Below, one piece after another: positions 1 through 18,757 of a stretch of 64,000 nucleotides of DNA (its first letter is position 1; every line of letters begins with the position of its first letter). The notes below the pieces were generated by a model that saw nothing but the letters and a program-made list of their open reading frames with translations, ran no database searches and was not told the origin of the DNA. Source of the DNA: Macrostomum lignano (taxonomy: Eukaryota). The translations under genes were made by a program, and so were the position numbers. The DNA is taken from assembly GCA_002269645.1 (NCBI GenBank), contig NIVC01001639.1, positions 192,202-256,201 of the forward strand. The letters run 5' to 3'.

Positions 1-200
1 TACTGTACGCAGGCACGCACTCGTACACGCGCTCACACAGGGTGTACATGAGCTGGGGGTTGGCTCTCTTAGCTGTGAACCGCACGAACCCCCGCCCGGC
101 CAATTTTAGTTCACAAGCCTTAAATGAATCGAACGGAATCGAACCAGGGGTTCGTAGCGCGAGATTCAGCCGCGTTCACCGCTGAGCTGCTCTGCCCCCC
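1..200 (-). mobile_element. tRNA-derived SINE copy (divergent subfamily, 3' end at window edge)
   Basis: The minus strand reads AGCTCAGCGG (A-box-like, 179-188), then GGTTCGATTCC (B-box, 135-145). The tail contains GCCAACCCC and TGTACACCCTGTGTGAG, similar to the tails of the SINE copies near 20.0-20.2 kb and 32.8-33.1 kb. Confidence 0.6.
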
Positions 201-1582
201 CCCCCATCGTCCATCTAATTTAGTTGTCCATGGCAGGTCCCCAGTACCACAGTCAGTCACCGAGTCCATCAACTCACAACAGCTGCCATCACGGCCGCCG
301 CAGAGTCCGGATCGATGCTGCACACCTCTTCGGCCGACGGGCGACGGCGCAGCCTGAAGAAGTGGAAGCCTTTCTTGAAGCGGACCGGCTCGTGGCGGCT
401 GGCGGCGGCGGCAAAGTCGGAGTCGGCGGCCGGCGGAGCGGCAGCGGCGGCGCCTGCAAAGAGTCATGTTCACAAAGTCATGTTCACAAAGTCATGTTCT
501 AAACTGTTCACACAGCCACTGTTCACACAGCTACTGTTCACAGTCCCTACTCACAGCCCCTTGGTGCTGGCACCCCTTCCCCAATAAAAGCTCCCCTGAC
601 CCCAAGTCAATGTCGGCAAAGTGTGAATCAGTCGGAGCAGCTCACCAGAAGCGCAGCAGGCGAGTCCGGTAGCCAGCAGTCCGGCAGCCAGCAGCAGGAT
701 CGACAGTCGGTGCATCTTCTAGCAGTTCTTCAAATTTGAAAGAGGAGCGCAAATGTAATTGTCAAATGGCACTGAGTTCAAATCGGTTCAGTTTCAATAT
801 TTCTCGAATTTCTCCCCGTCTCATTCCCGCGGTGTTTTCCAGCCTTTTCAGCCTTCTCCCAGGCGCAAAAAACTTGCCTTTAAAACTGCTCTTCATTTTC
901 TCAAGCGCAGCTGCCTCCATCGCTGCCCCGGGGACTGAGACCCACTTGAGAATACTTTGCCAGCTCTGCTGCAGAAGCAGCTGCATGCTAAATTTGGCCA
1001 CAATGCAGTCACCGCATGCGCCTGGTCTCCTTGTTCTTGAGGCCATCGCAGCGGGTGCTTTCCCACCTGCTGCAGTGAAGAAGCAGCCCTTGATTAGCCA
1101 AGAAAAGATTCTTGACACAGGGAACAATTTCCCTACTAAAAAACAAGTCAGGACTGCTGTAACACCCTGCGTGAGCGACTGCGTGTTCCATGGTGATTCG
1201 CGCTTCTGGCGCCTTGAGTCCAACTTGGAAAGTTGTAAATCTCGGTGCCTACTCGTATCTGCTGCCTTCTTTTCACCTCAGATAATAAGATTTCGAAGCC
1301 ACTCAGATACCAAACCAATGATTTAATGTCACCGCCTCTCACCTTTGAGATTTCGGCCGAAACAGTTGCAGAGCAAGCCGAACTCTTTCAATGAGGAACA
1401 GAGCTCGCAGTTTTTTAAAATAATTTTCGCGCAACTGGGATGCTTCGGTCGGCTCTGCGGCTTTAAAACATTTTTACCTATGGGCAGCCGGCCCGCATAG
1501 GCCTACTCACTGCAGCATGGCCCGTTCATTGGTTAGCCAGTCTGCAGGCAGTGCAGTGCAGCCAACCAGGGTTGAAGCTATT

Positions 1583-2175
1583 TGGCATCTCTGATGCTGT
1601 CATGAAGATGCTGTTATGAAGATGCTGTCATGAAGATGCTGTCTTGAAGATGCTGTCATGAAGATGCTGTCATGAAGATGCTGTTATGAAGATGCTGTTA
1701 TGAAGATGCTGTTATGAAGATGCTGTTATGAAGATGCTGTCATAAAGATGCTGTCATGAAGATGCTGTCATAAAGATGCTGTCATGAAGATGCTGTCATG
1801 AAGATGCTGTCATGAATATGCTGTTATGAATATGCTGTTATGAAGATGCTGTCATGAAGATGCTGTCATGAAGATGCTGTTATGAAGATGCTGTCATGAA
1901 GATGCTGTCATGAAGATGCTGTCATGAAGATGCTGTCATGAAGATGCTGTCATGAAGATGCTGTCATGAAGATGCTGTCATGAAGATGCTGTCATGAAGA
2001 TGCTGTCATGAAGATGCTGTCATGAAGATGCTCTCATGAAGATGCTCTCATGAAGATGCTGTCATGAAGATGCTGTCATGAAGATGCTGTTATGAAGATG
2101 CTCTCATGAAGATGCTGTTATGAAGATGCTGTCATGAAGATGCTGTCATGAAGATGCTGTCATGAAGATGCTGTT
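1583..2175. repeat. 14-bp minisatellite (GATGCTGTCATGAA)n, left part
   Basis: Direct tandem units visible; the array resumes at 3875 after the inserted transposon. Confidence 0.95.
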
Positions 2176-3874
2176 CAGGTACTACTCAAAAATCGGGACA
2201 GGAAACTAGGCAAATTATGGCGAAGTTTTTACGAGGCTGGTTTGTTAGCAGCTGACGAGGCTGGCTGGCTTATTTGTATAGAGCGAGACTTTGTTGTCTA
2301 TGGTTATTTTTTATTATTTGAAGCTTGTGATACCGTTATTTCCACTGCAGTCTAGCAGGGATGCTTGCATTATATTATAGCAGCTAAGTTTCTGGCAGAC
2401 GCGTAGGACAAGCTCGATTTTTCTGCTTGTGTTGTTGGCATCAATGCCAAGAAAGTGCAGCGTTGTTGGCTGCAAGTCAAATTACGAGTCCGAACGATTA
2501 GCTACGAAAGTCCATCTGTTTCCGAAGGACTCGGTTGAGCGAGAGCGATGGAAAAAGGCCCTGCCGAACATCCTAGAGGTAGGCGCTATTTACTATAAGG
2601 TAAATTGTGCTAATATATTATATGCAATTTTTTCCTTTATTCCGCCTTTCAGTCCGTTACAGATCACATGGGAATCTGCGCCAAACACTGGCCACCGGAC
2701 ACAACAATGGTGAAAAAGCGACGATTTGAGGCACCAAAGGATCCGCCTTCTATTCTCAATGGTGTTCCTCCGTGTCTGGTCCAGAACCAAGGTATGACTG
2801 TACTTTGAATACATTTAGACTTTAGCATTTGGTTCATATAATCTAAACTTCCTCAAAGTTGCCACCATAAATGTTTTTACATTTTAGAACGCAATAGAGA
2901 TGTGAAGACGAGAGGTGTTCTCTCTGACGCACGAGGTGGCTTAGCGGATAAATTAGAGGAGTTTCAGCTGAGCGACACCAAATGTTCGTGGAATGGTTTC
3001 TGTGACTCCGTACAGGACTCTGAAATAGTCAAACGCCACTCCTTAGTGGTTACATTTTTTCAGCAGGATTTATATATGTTTTCATTGGACTCCAATGGCG
3101 ACATGCTTGTTTGATTATTTATTTCGCCAAATTTTGCTGTTTGCGCCTACATAATGCACACGCCAATTAGTGTTCGCGACCTACTTGGATTTCAACCCAC
3201 GCTGAAGTTTTGGTCGCAACTGGATGCAATTATCGTACGATGCAACAACTCAGAGTTTTCAGTTGAGAACGAGATTTCGTATCTCATGAAAAGCAACATA
3301 TTCGCCATTGACAGCGCAGCGCTAGAGATTTCGAATCCAACTATTAAATTCTTGCTGGAACAGTTAAAGCTAACACTGGACTCACCGACTGCTCGCAGAT
3401 ATAGCACTACTATCATCCGGAAGTCGGCCTTACTAAGACATCAACTCGCAGGAATGGGAATAGCCCCCGACTAATTGTATTTTTGGTGTGCTGTTACTAT
3501 CGCGGGAAAGCTACGGCACCCCAGAGTGGCTGTTTTCATTTCTAATTCTCTGCTACGCTACTTCACTGCCCACTCACCCGTTTGTGCAACGAGAGTGCAG
3601 GCACTATTTACAACTATAGCTGAAAATTTCTTCCATTACATTGACTTCAACGTCCAAGGTGTGGCACGAAGAGCAACAAACACATTCTTTAAGGGACTTG
3701 TCCGGAGATCATCGAAGGTGGCTCCATCATCCATCACCGTTCAAGAGAGAAAGACAAAAAACTAAATATTGAAATAGCTACTGCTGCATTGGCGCGGCCA
3801 TAGATTTAACCAGCCTCGTAAAAACTTCGCCATGATTTGCCTAGTTTCCCGTCCCGATGTTTGAGTAGTCCCTG
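2176..3874 (+). mobile_element. THAP-domain DNA transposon (P-element-like), internally deleted and non-autonomous
   Basis: ~67-bp terminal inverted repeats: left CAGGTACTACTCAAAAATCGGGACAGGAAACTAGGCAAATTATGGCGAAGTTTTTACGAGGCTGGTT, right (reverse complement) CAGGGACTACTCAAACATCGGGACGGGAAACTAGGCAAATCATGGCGAAGTTTTTACGAGGCTGGTT. 8-bp flanks ATGCTGTT/ATGCTGTC are compatible with a TSD. Encodes a spliced THAP finger. Confidence 0.85.
2444..3114 (+). pseudogene. THAP zinc-finger protein, truncated transposase remnant (exons 2444-2578, 2653-2791, 2888-3114)
   Basis: The GT-AG spliced frame gives MPRKCSVVGCKSNY...HLFPKD..RERWKKAL...GICAKHW..., the C2CH THAP signature. It stops at 3114; short frameshifted ORFs follow (3154-3474, 3475-3765) and no complete catalytic domain is visible. 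Confidence 0.75.
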
Positions 3875-4300
3875 ATGCTGTCATGAAGATGCTGTCATGA
3901 AGATGCTGTTATGAAGATGCTGTCATGAAGATGCTGTCATGAAGATGCTGTCATGAAGATGCTGTCATGAAGATGCTGTCATGAAGACGCTGTCATGAAG
4001 ATGCTGTCATGAAGATGCTGTCATGAAGATGCTGTCATGAAGATGCTGTTATGAAGATGCTGTCATGAAGATGCTGTCATGAAGATGCTGTCATGAAGAT
4101 GCTGTCATAAATATGCTGTCAGAAAATGCAGTCATACAGACTCAGGTTATGAAGATTCTGTCATACAGACTCTTGTCATGAAGATGCTGTCATACAGACT
4201 CTTGTCATGAAGATGCTGTCATACAGACTCTTGTTATGAAGATGCTGTCATACAGACTCTTTTCATGAAGATTCTGTCACACAGACTCTTGTTATGAAGA
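3875..4300. repeat. 14-bp minisatellite, right part, grading into a longer derived unit (ATACAGACTCTTGTCATGAAGATGCTGTC)
   Basis: Tandem units visible. Confidence 0.9.
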
Positions 4301-4844
4301 TGCTGCTGTCATTCAGATGTCATCCCGCAGACGATGCTGGCGTCATCACAGGAGTTCCGCTGCTCCAGCCGCCATCCAAAATTATTACATTGACATCCCA
4401 TAATTATCAGTAGATCTCAGAGACTTCTGATCTGTGTCAGTTGCTAGGCGGGCCTGTCAATGCAGCTAATTAAGGAATTCGAATCAACTCAATTCGAGTT
4501 CAGCCGAGGACAGGCTCAAACTGGGTAGTGAGCACCGCAGCGCGTCTTGATGCCAACATGTCAAATTTGTCAGGGAAATTGGCAAAATCGGCGCGAGAGA
4601 CGGGCGGTCACGCAAGTCGCGATTTGCAAAGGCAGTTTCTTTCTTGGAAAAATCTCAAAACTTACAATATGGGTTTTTGCTTTGTTTGCTGAAATATAGG
4701 CTGAGAAATGCATCTCCCAGTTCCGCTATTCTTTAGAACTGGTTTGGTTGCCATGGAAATCAGAAGCGATGTGGCTGGGAGCGATAGAACAAAACTTTAG
4801 TAGGAGAACATAAAAAGCTATGGGACTTGAGACAAGAACATTTA

Positions 4845-5818
4845 GGAGAGATCAGAGAGAGATCAGAGAGAGATCAGAGAGAGATCAGAGAGAGATCAGA
4901 GAGAGATCAGAGAGAGATCAGAGAGAGATCAGAGAGAGAGATCAGAGAGAGATCAGAGAGAGATCAGAGAGAGATCAGAGAGAGATCAGAGAGAGATCAG
5001 AGAGATCCGAGAGAGATCAGAGAGAGATCCGAGAGAGATCAGAGAGACATCAGGGAGAGATCAGAGAGAGAGATCAGAGAGAGATCAGAGAGAGATCAGA
5101 GAGAGATCAGAGAGATCAGAGAGAGATCAGAGAGAGATCAGAGAGATCAGAGAGGGATCAGAGAGAGATCAGAGAGAGATCAGAGAGAGATCAGAGAGAG
5201 ATCAGAGAGAGATCAGAGAGTTCAGAGAGGGATCAGAGAGAGATCAGAGAGAGATCAGAGAGAGATCAGAGAGAGATCAGAGAGAGATCAGAGAGAGACC
5301 AGAGAGAGATCCGAGAGAGATCAGAGAGGGATCAGAGAGAGATCAGAGAGAGATCAGAGAGAGATCAGAGAGAGATCAGAGAGAGATCAGAGAGAGATCA
5401 GAGAGAGATCAGAGAGAGAGAGATCAGAGAGAGATCAGAGAGAGAGAGATCAGAGAGAGATCAGAGAGAGATCAGAGCGAGATCAGAGAGAGATCAGAGA
5501 GAGATCAGAGAGAGATCAGAGAGAGATCAGAGAGAGATCAGAGAGAGATCAGAGAGAGATCAGAGAGAGAGAGAGAGATATCAGAGAGATATCAGAGAGA
5601 GATCAGAGAGAGATCAGAGAGAGATCAGAGAGAGATCAGAGAGAGATCAGAGAGAGATCAGAGAGAGATCAGAGAGAGATCAGAGAGAGATCAGAGATCA
5701 GAGAGAGATTAGAGCGAGATCAGAGAGAGATCAGAGAGAGATTAGAGAGAGATCAGAGAGAGATCAGAGAGAGATCAGAGAGAGATCAGAGAGAGATCAG
5801 AGAGAGATTAGAGATCAG
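4845..5818. repeat. ~10-bp purine-rich satellite (AGAGAGATCA/GAGAGAGATC)n
   Basis: Tandem units visible; the RERSERDQ ORFs are repeat artefacts. Confidence 0.95.
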
Positions 5819-6299
5819 AGGTGGATAAGTGAGATCAGTGAGGCAAATTTGAGGCAGTAATCTAAAAATAGAATTTGGCAATTCTCAAAGGTAAACAAAG
5901 ATTCCGAAAGAAAACAGTTTTGAGGCAGCGGAAGTTTCCCACCCACCTGTCTGTTTCCGTCAATCATTTCACGGATTGGGACATCCGCAAACTCGACAAG
6001 CCATCGGTGCTTTGCAGCTAAATTTGGATATTCAAACGACAAACTGAATCGGGAATTGCTTTGTCAACAAATTCTTGTCAAGAATTGGCACGAATTCAAA
6101 TTTGCAGACGAAGCCTGTCTCGCGAAGTGTCAATGCAACCGGCAGCTGCTGTTTTCAAATGCCTGCCGCTGAGTCCACAGACACCGCAGGCAGTCCGTTT
6201 CCAGGCGCTCCGAAAGAGATGCAGCTTCTCTCTGGAACCTTTTTCTCACGTCGGGTAAGCTAAATATTTGCCATTTTAGTTAGAAATTCCTTTTTTAAT

Positions 6300-7080
6300 C
6301 AATCTAGAAATTCCATTCATCCAGTGAGAAAATTCCTTCAAATAGAGAGAAATTCCTTTCTTCAGCAAGAGAGAAATTCCCTTCTTCAGCCAGAGAGAAA
6401 TTCCCCTTTTCAGCCAGAGAGAAATACCCCTTTTCAGCCAGAGATAAATTCCCCTTTTCAGCCAGAGAGAAATACCCCTTTTCAGCCAGAGAGAAATCCC
6501 CCTTTTCAGCCAGAGAGAAATACCCCTTTTCAGCCAGAGAGAAATTCCCCTTTTCAGCCAGAGAGAAATACCCCTTTTCAGCCAGAGAGAAATCCCCCTT
6601 TTCAGCCAGAGAGAAATTCCCCTCTTCAACCAGAGAGAAATACCCCTTTTCAGCCAGAGAGGAATTCCCCTTTTCAACCAGAGAGAGATTATTTTTTCAG
6701 CAATAGAGAAACTCCCCGTTTTTGTAAAGGAGAAATTCCCCTTTTCAGCCAGAGAGAAATTCCCTTCTTCAGCAAGAGAGAAATTGCCCTCTTCAACCAG
6801 AGAGAAATCCCCCTTTTCAACCAGAGGAAAATTCCCCTTTTCAGTAAGAGAGAAATTCCCCTCTTCATCCAGAGAGAAATTTTCTGTGTCAGAAAGAGAG
6901 GAATTCCCCTTTTCAACCAGAGAGAGCTTATTTTCTTCAGCAATAGAGAAACTCCCCGTTTTTGTAAAGGAGAAATTCCCCTTTTCAGCAAGAGAGAAAT
7001 TCCCTTCTTCAGCAAGAGAGAAATTCCCAGTTTTAGCAAGAGAGAAATTCCCCTTTTCAGCAAGAGAGAAATTCACTTTT
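6300..7080. repeat. 24-bp minisatellite (TTCAGCCAGAGAGAAATTCCCCTT)n
   Basis: Tandem units visible; 8-aa periodicity in the ORF track. Confidence 0.9.
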
Positions 7081-7669
7081 CAGCAAGAATATGGATTCCC
7101 CGTACAGCAAGACAGAAATTCCCCTGAAACTATAAATACTTCAGTTACACCAATTCAAAGTACATATTAAGTTGCAGTGCTTATATTTATTGACAGCATA
7201 TTTATTGCGATAAAACAAATTCCAATTAAAGTAATCTTTAATGATGAAGGCATGGGATGGGGCAGACAGTGACTCAAAAACCATATCAAATTTTTTATTA
7301 ATCTGGTTTGACTTTTTCAAGGGTCCCCCCTTATTTTTGGTTCAACAAAAATTCAAATAACTGGAAATGAATGCGTAAAAGTTGAATATTGAGTAACAAA
7401 ACATGAAGAAGTTATGAATTGACTAAAAATTGCAAATCTAAAAATTGCTTTCAACCCTAGCATTACAACACTGCTAACTCAGTGTCGCCAGATGGAATAC
7501 AACAAAATTTAAATAACCTATTCGAAACGCGCATTAAAGTTAAATTAGAAAACCATTTTAGTTAAAATTTAAATTTCTTAACGGAGTTCTATTTTATTTG
7601 TCAATTCTTTTATATGGATAAATTTAAAAATTGAAATATGAATAATTTGTTTAATTTGTTCAGAAGCCA

Positions 7670-14623
<6,954 letters not shown>

Positions 14624-15417
14624 TCTTGATTTCCAACTTCTAGAAGAAGACACGACTATTAACAGCAAAATTCAGTAAATTCTGGCCCCTGGCTTTTCGC
14701 TTTGCCCGTAAAGGAACAGAAAAATGTACTATATATATGCACTGCAGGGCTGCGAAGACTAATTTCTATGCCTGCCTCTCCTCTCTCTCCTCTCATTTCC
14801 AGCTTTTTCAGTCAGCCAACTGCCGCCAAAAGCCGGGGGGGGGGGGGGGGTGCAGGGGTGCGGTTGACATGAATGCACACTGGCTGGCCCCCTCCCTCTC
14901 GCCCCCAGGGGCCGCTGGTTGCGCTTGTGTATAAAGCAGAGATCTACGCGGGTGGGGGTTGGCATCTACCACCTCCCATCTCCCTCTCTCCCTCTCCCTC
15001 TCTCCCTCGATATTCTCAGTACAACAGCTGTAGCAGAAAGAAGCAAATGACAAAGCGACACTGATAGAGAATGGAAGCGGTTTGCTAACCTGACTGACTG
15101 ACTGAGTCAGACTGACTTTTTCAACATTGCCCTGGTGCGGGACTGGCTGGGGAGTGCAGGGGCCGGTGATAGACTGGCTGAACTCTCGCGCAGGTTGCAA
15201 AACAACAAGTTGTGAACTCGACAGTCGACAATGCGCACCTGCTATCTCAGTTCATACATGTAAAATTTCTTTGTGAGAACACGCGTGAAGGAAGGTCGGG
15301 TGGGATTGGCATACGCAAGGGCTGGTAGAGGACAGAGGGGGGTCTTCTACCAGTATTGCCTCAGAGTTTTGATACGAGAGTGCGAACTGCGCTAGGTACA
15401 ATGTGACATTTTTGTGA

Positions 15418-16320
15418 AAGAGAAGAGAGGAGAGGAGAGGAGAGCAGAGGAGAGAAAAGACAGGACAGAAGAGAAAAGAGTAGAGAAGAGAGTAGAGACG
15501 AGAGAAGAGAAGAGAGAAGAGAGGAGAGAAGAGAGGGGAGAGGGGAGAAGAGAAGAGAGGGAGAAGAGAGGAGAGAAGACAGGAGGGAAGAGAGAAGAGA
15601 GGAGAGGATAGAAGAGACGAGAGAAGAGAGGAGAGAGAGAAGAGAGGGAAAAGAGAGGAGAGAAGACAGGAGAGAGAGAAGAGAGGGAGAAGAGAGGAGA
15701 GAAGACAGGAGGGAAGAGAGAAGAGAGGAGAGGAGAGAAGAGACGAGAGAAGAGAGGAGAGAGAGAAGAGAGGGAGAAGAGAGGAGAGAAGACAGGAGAG
15801 AGAGAAGAGAGGGAGAAGAGAGGAGAGAAGACAGGAGGGAAGAGAGAAGAGAGGAGAGGAGAGAAGAGACGAGAGAAGAGAGGAGAGAGAGAAGAGAGGG
15901 AGAAGAGAGGAGAGAAGACAGGAGAGAGAGAAGAGAGGGAGAAGAGAGGAGAGAAGACAGGAGGGAAGAGAGAAGAGAGGAGAGGAGAGAAGAGACGAGA
16001 GAAGAGAGGAGAGAGAGAAGAGAGGGAGAAGAGAGGAGAGAAGACAGGAGAGAGAGAAGAGAGGGAGAAGAGAGGAGAGAAGACAGGAGGGAAGAGAGAA
16101 GACAGGAGAGAGAGAAGAGAGGGAGAAGAGAGGAGAGAAGACAGGAGGGAAGAGAGAAGAGAGGAGAGAGAGAAGAGAGAAGAGAAGAGACGAGAGAAGA
16201 GAGGAGAGAGAGAAGAGAGGGAGAAGAGAGGAGAGAAGACAGGAGGGAAGAGAGAAGAGAGAGGAGAGAAGAGACGAGAGAAGAGAGGAGGAGAGAGGAG
16301 AGAAGAGAGGAGAAAAGAGA
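15418..16320. repeat. GA-rich polypurine array with higher-order periodicity
   Basis: Almost purely A/G on the plus strand, with recurrent AGAAGACAGG and AGAAGAGACG motifs. Confidence 0.9.
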
Positions 16321-17477
16321 GTCCCTTGTTTCACTACCTAAGGAGCTCCGCAGCTGTCTCCCTCATTGTCTTGAGCCGAACGACCATTTTTCCAATTATA
16401 AAATGTAAAATCAGTAAATTTCTCATAAAATATTTACGGAACATTTGTTACAGTAAATGCATGTATCTATGCGGAATAATGGACGATAAGGAAGTCAGCC
16501 AGGAGATAAACAGTCTCTCCCAGCAGCAGTTAGCCAGCGTACAAAGAAGACAGAAAATCCTTCCGCCCAGCTTCCACATTGATTCATAATTGATAACTGC
16601 TGTGTCGTACTGTGCATTTTACTGTGCTGTACATTTTTTGACTTTGCACTTTTTTGCAACTACGAGTCCTAGAGGGGCTGGAGCTGGGGCTTCTCCGTCA
16701 GGAGGAGATCTGGATTTTCCCCTGGGGAAGCGAAGTGGCCCTGCAGCTGACAGCTTGCGTTTCTTTTGAGTTCGGTTCCGCTTCATGCACTTCTTGCCTA
16801 AAAAATTGGTTGCCAAGGGTAATTTGTAGGCTGTGCCTCTAATTAGATGGAGGGAGAGGGAGTTCTTGAGGCAGATTCTGTCTGCCTAATTACATCTTAG
16901 TGAATCATGGGGTGGGAACTGTGTGATAGCGAAGTGTGACGATGAGTGAGATAAGTGAATGACGATGACGGAGAGTGGGAGACGGTGAGAGTGAGACAGT
17001 GAGAGAGAGTGAGAGAGTGAGACAGGGTGAGAGAGTCATCGGGCCAGCACTTCGTGGCAGCAATTCTCAGCCTAGTACTTGTGAGGAAAGTGCTCGCAGC
17101 AATACAGCAGTGCCTGCAGGGCCAGCGATAAGCCAGTGCAAGCTGAGGTCAGATGAAGCCGGACCCAGCGTGCTTGGAGTCAGTGAGCGCCTCACTAATT
17201 CGAGTTGCCAAATCAGATTTCCTGCACACAAGCCTAGCTCAGCTTCTTTCGCTTCACTCCCCCCCCGCCAATTGAAATAGGAATTTCTCTCGGTTGAGCA
17301 AGGCTCGGCCTCCGATGGGATTAATCCGAGATCCCATGGACACTGGAGCATACGGACGGGCAGGCAATTATCACCCAGTAAATGAAGCTGACTGCGGCTA
17401 CAAAGAGAAAAAGTGCTCCATGTACTCGATTGGTACTTTTTTCCGAGCAGGCACATGGGACCCGAGATGCAAGGGAG

Positions 17478-18095
17478 TCCTTGAAACTCAATCTGGAACG
17501 GAAGGCCAATGACTCCTTGAGACTGAGTCTGGAGCGGAAGGCCAGGGAGTCCTTGAGACTCAATCTGGGACGGAAGGCCAGGGAGTCCTTGAGACAGAGT
17601 CTGGAGCGGAAGGCCAGGGAGTCCTTGAGACTCAATCTGGGACGGAAGGCCAATGACTCCTTGAGACTGAGTCTGGAGCGGAAGGCCAGGGAGTCCTTGA
17701 GACTCAATCTGGGACGGAAGGCCAGGGAGTCCTTGAGGATCAATATGGAACGAAAGGCCAGAGAGTCCTTGAGACTCAATATGGAACGAAAGGCCAGAGA
17801 GTACTTGAGACTCAATCTGGGACGGAAGGCCAGGGAGTCCTTTGAGACTTAATCTGGAACGGAAGGCCAATGACTCCTTGAGACTGAGTCTGGAGCGGAA
17901 GGCCAGGGAGTCCTTGAGACTCAATCTGGGACGGAAGGCCAGGGAGTCCTTGACACTCAATCTGGGACGGAAGGCCAGGGAGTCCTTGAGAATCAATCTG
18001 GGACGGAAGGCCAGGGAGTCCTTGAGAATCAATCTGGGACGGAAGGCCAGGGAGTCCTTGAGAATCAATCTGGGACGGAAGGCCAGGGAGTCCTT
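17478..18095. repeat. 30-bp minisatellite with core GGAAGGCCAGGGAGTCCTTGAGACTCAATCT
   Basis: Tandem units visible; 10-aa periodicity in the ORF track. Confidence 0.9.
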
Positions 18096-18757
18096 GAGTT
18101 CCAGTTCAGACGTCCCCACCAGGGGTCCATGAAAATCGTCGATTAACCATTTTCATTTGTACACCCGGGTTGAAGGCCCAGCACCGTTCGCGAAAGGTTA
18201 GCCCTGTGTTCATCGCCTCTCCGCAAGTAGTGGTTGGGGGGCGGCTTTGTTGTCGACTGCAAGCCAAACACGTCAGGCAAAGCAGGGAAAATTTCTTATA
18301 TAGTTTCTGCAACAGAACAGAATCGATGCTGGCTATTCCTGCTATTCAGTTGACGGTCGGCCGGCCAGTCTGCAGATTCCGACCTTCCGACTCCCCGAGA
18401 CCTCACCCCCCTTGCCCTTTACCTGGCGTTGGGATCGATCGATTCCCGTGCGCGTGCGTCGAGGGGATAATTTTGCGAGCGCAACAACGTCCTACCCTCC
18501 TCGCCAGCGCCGATCTGGACGGCTTGGGGGGAAGAGAATTTAGGCTAGAATTTTAAAGGGATTTCTGGCGGGAGATAAGCAGCTGGGGTAGAAAGTCTGG
18601 TAGGCAGCAGAGCGGAAGTCGCAGGAAAAGACGTCCAACTTCGTGTGGAGAAACTCGGCTGCTCCTCCCATCGAGATTTTTCACAATTTTCACGCAATTA
18701 ACTTCTCCCCCCTAATTTTTTCTTTGAACTTTCCGCTTCTTTTCCTCCGATTCGGGC

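Noticed and set aside
736-1342. Overlapping 150-200-aa ORFs on both strands
   Set aside because: No recognisable domain, splice structure or codon pattern that I can support.
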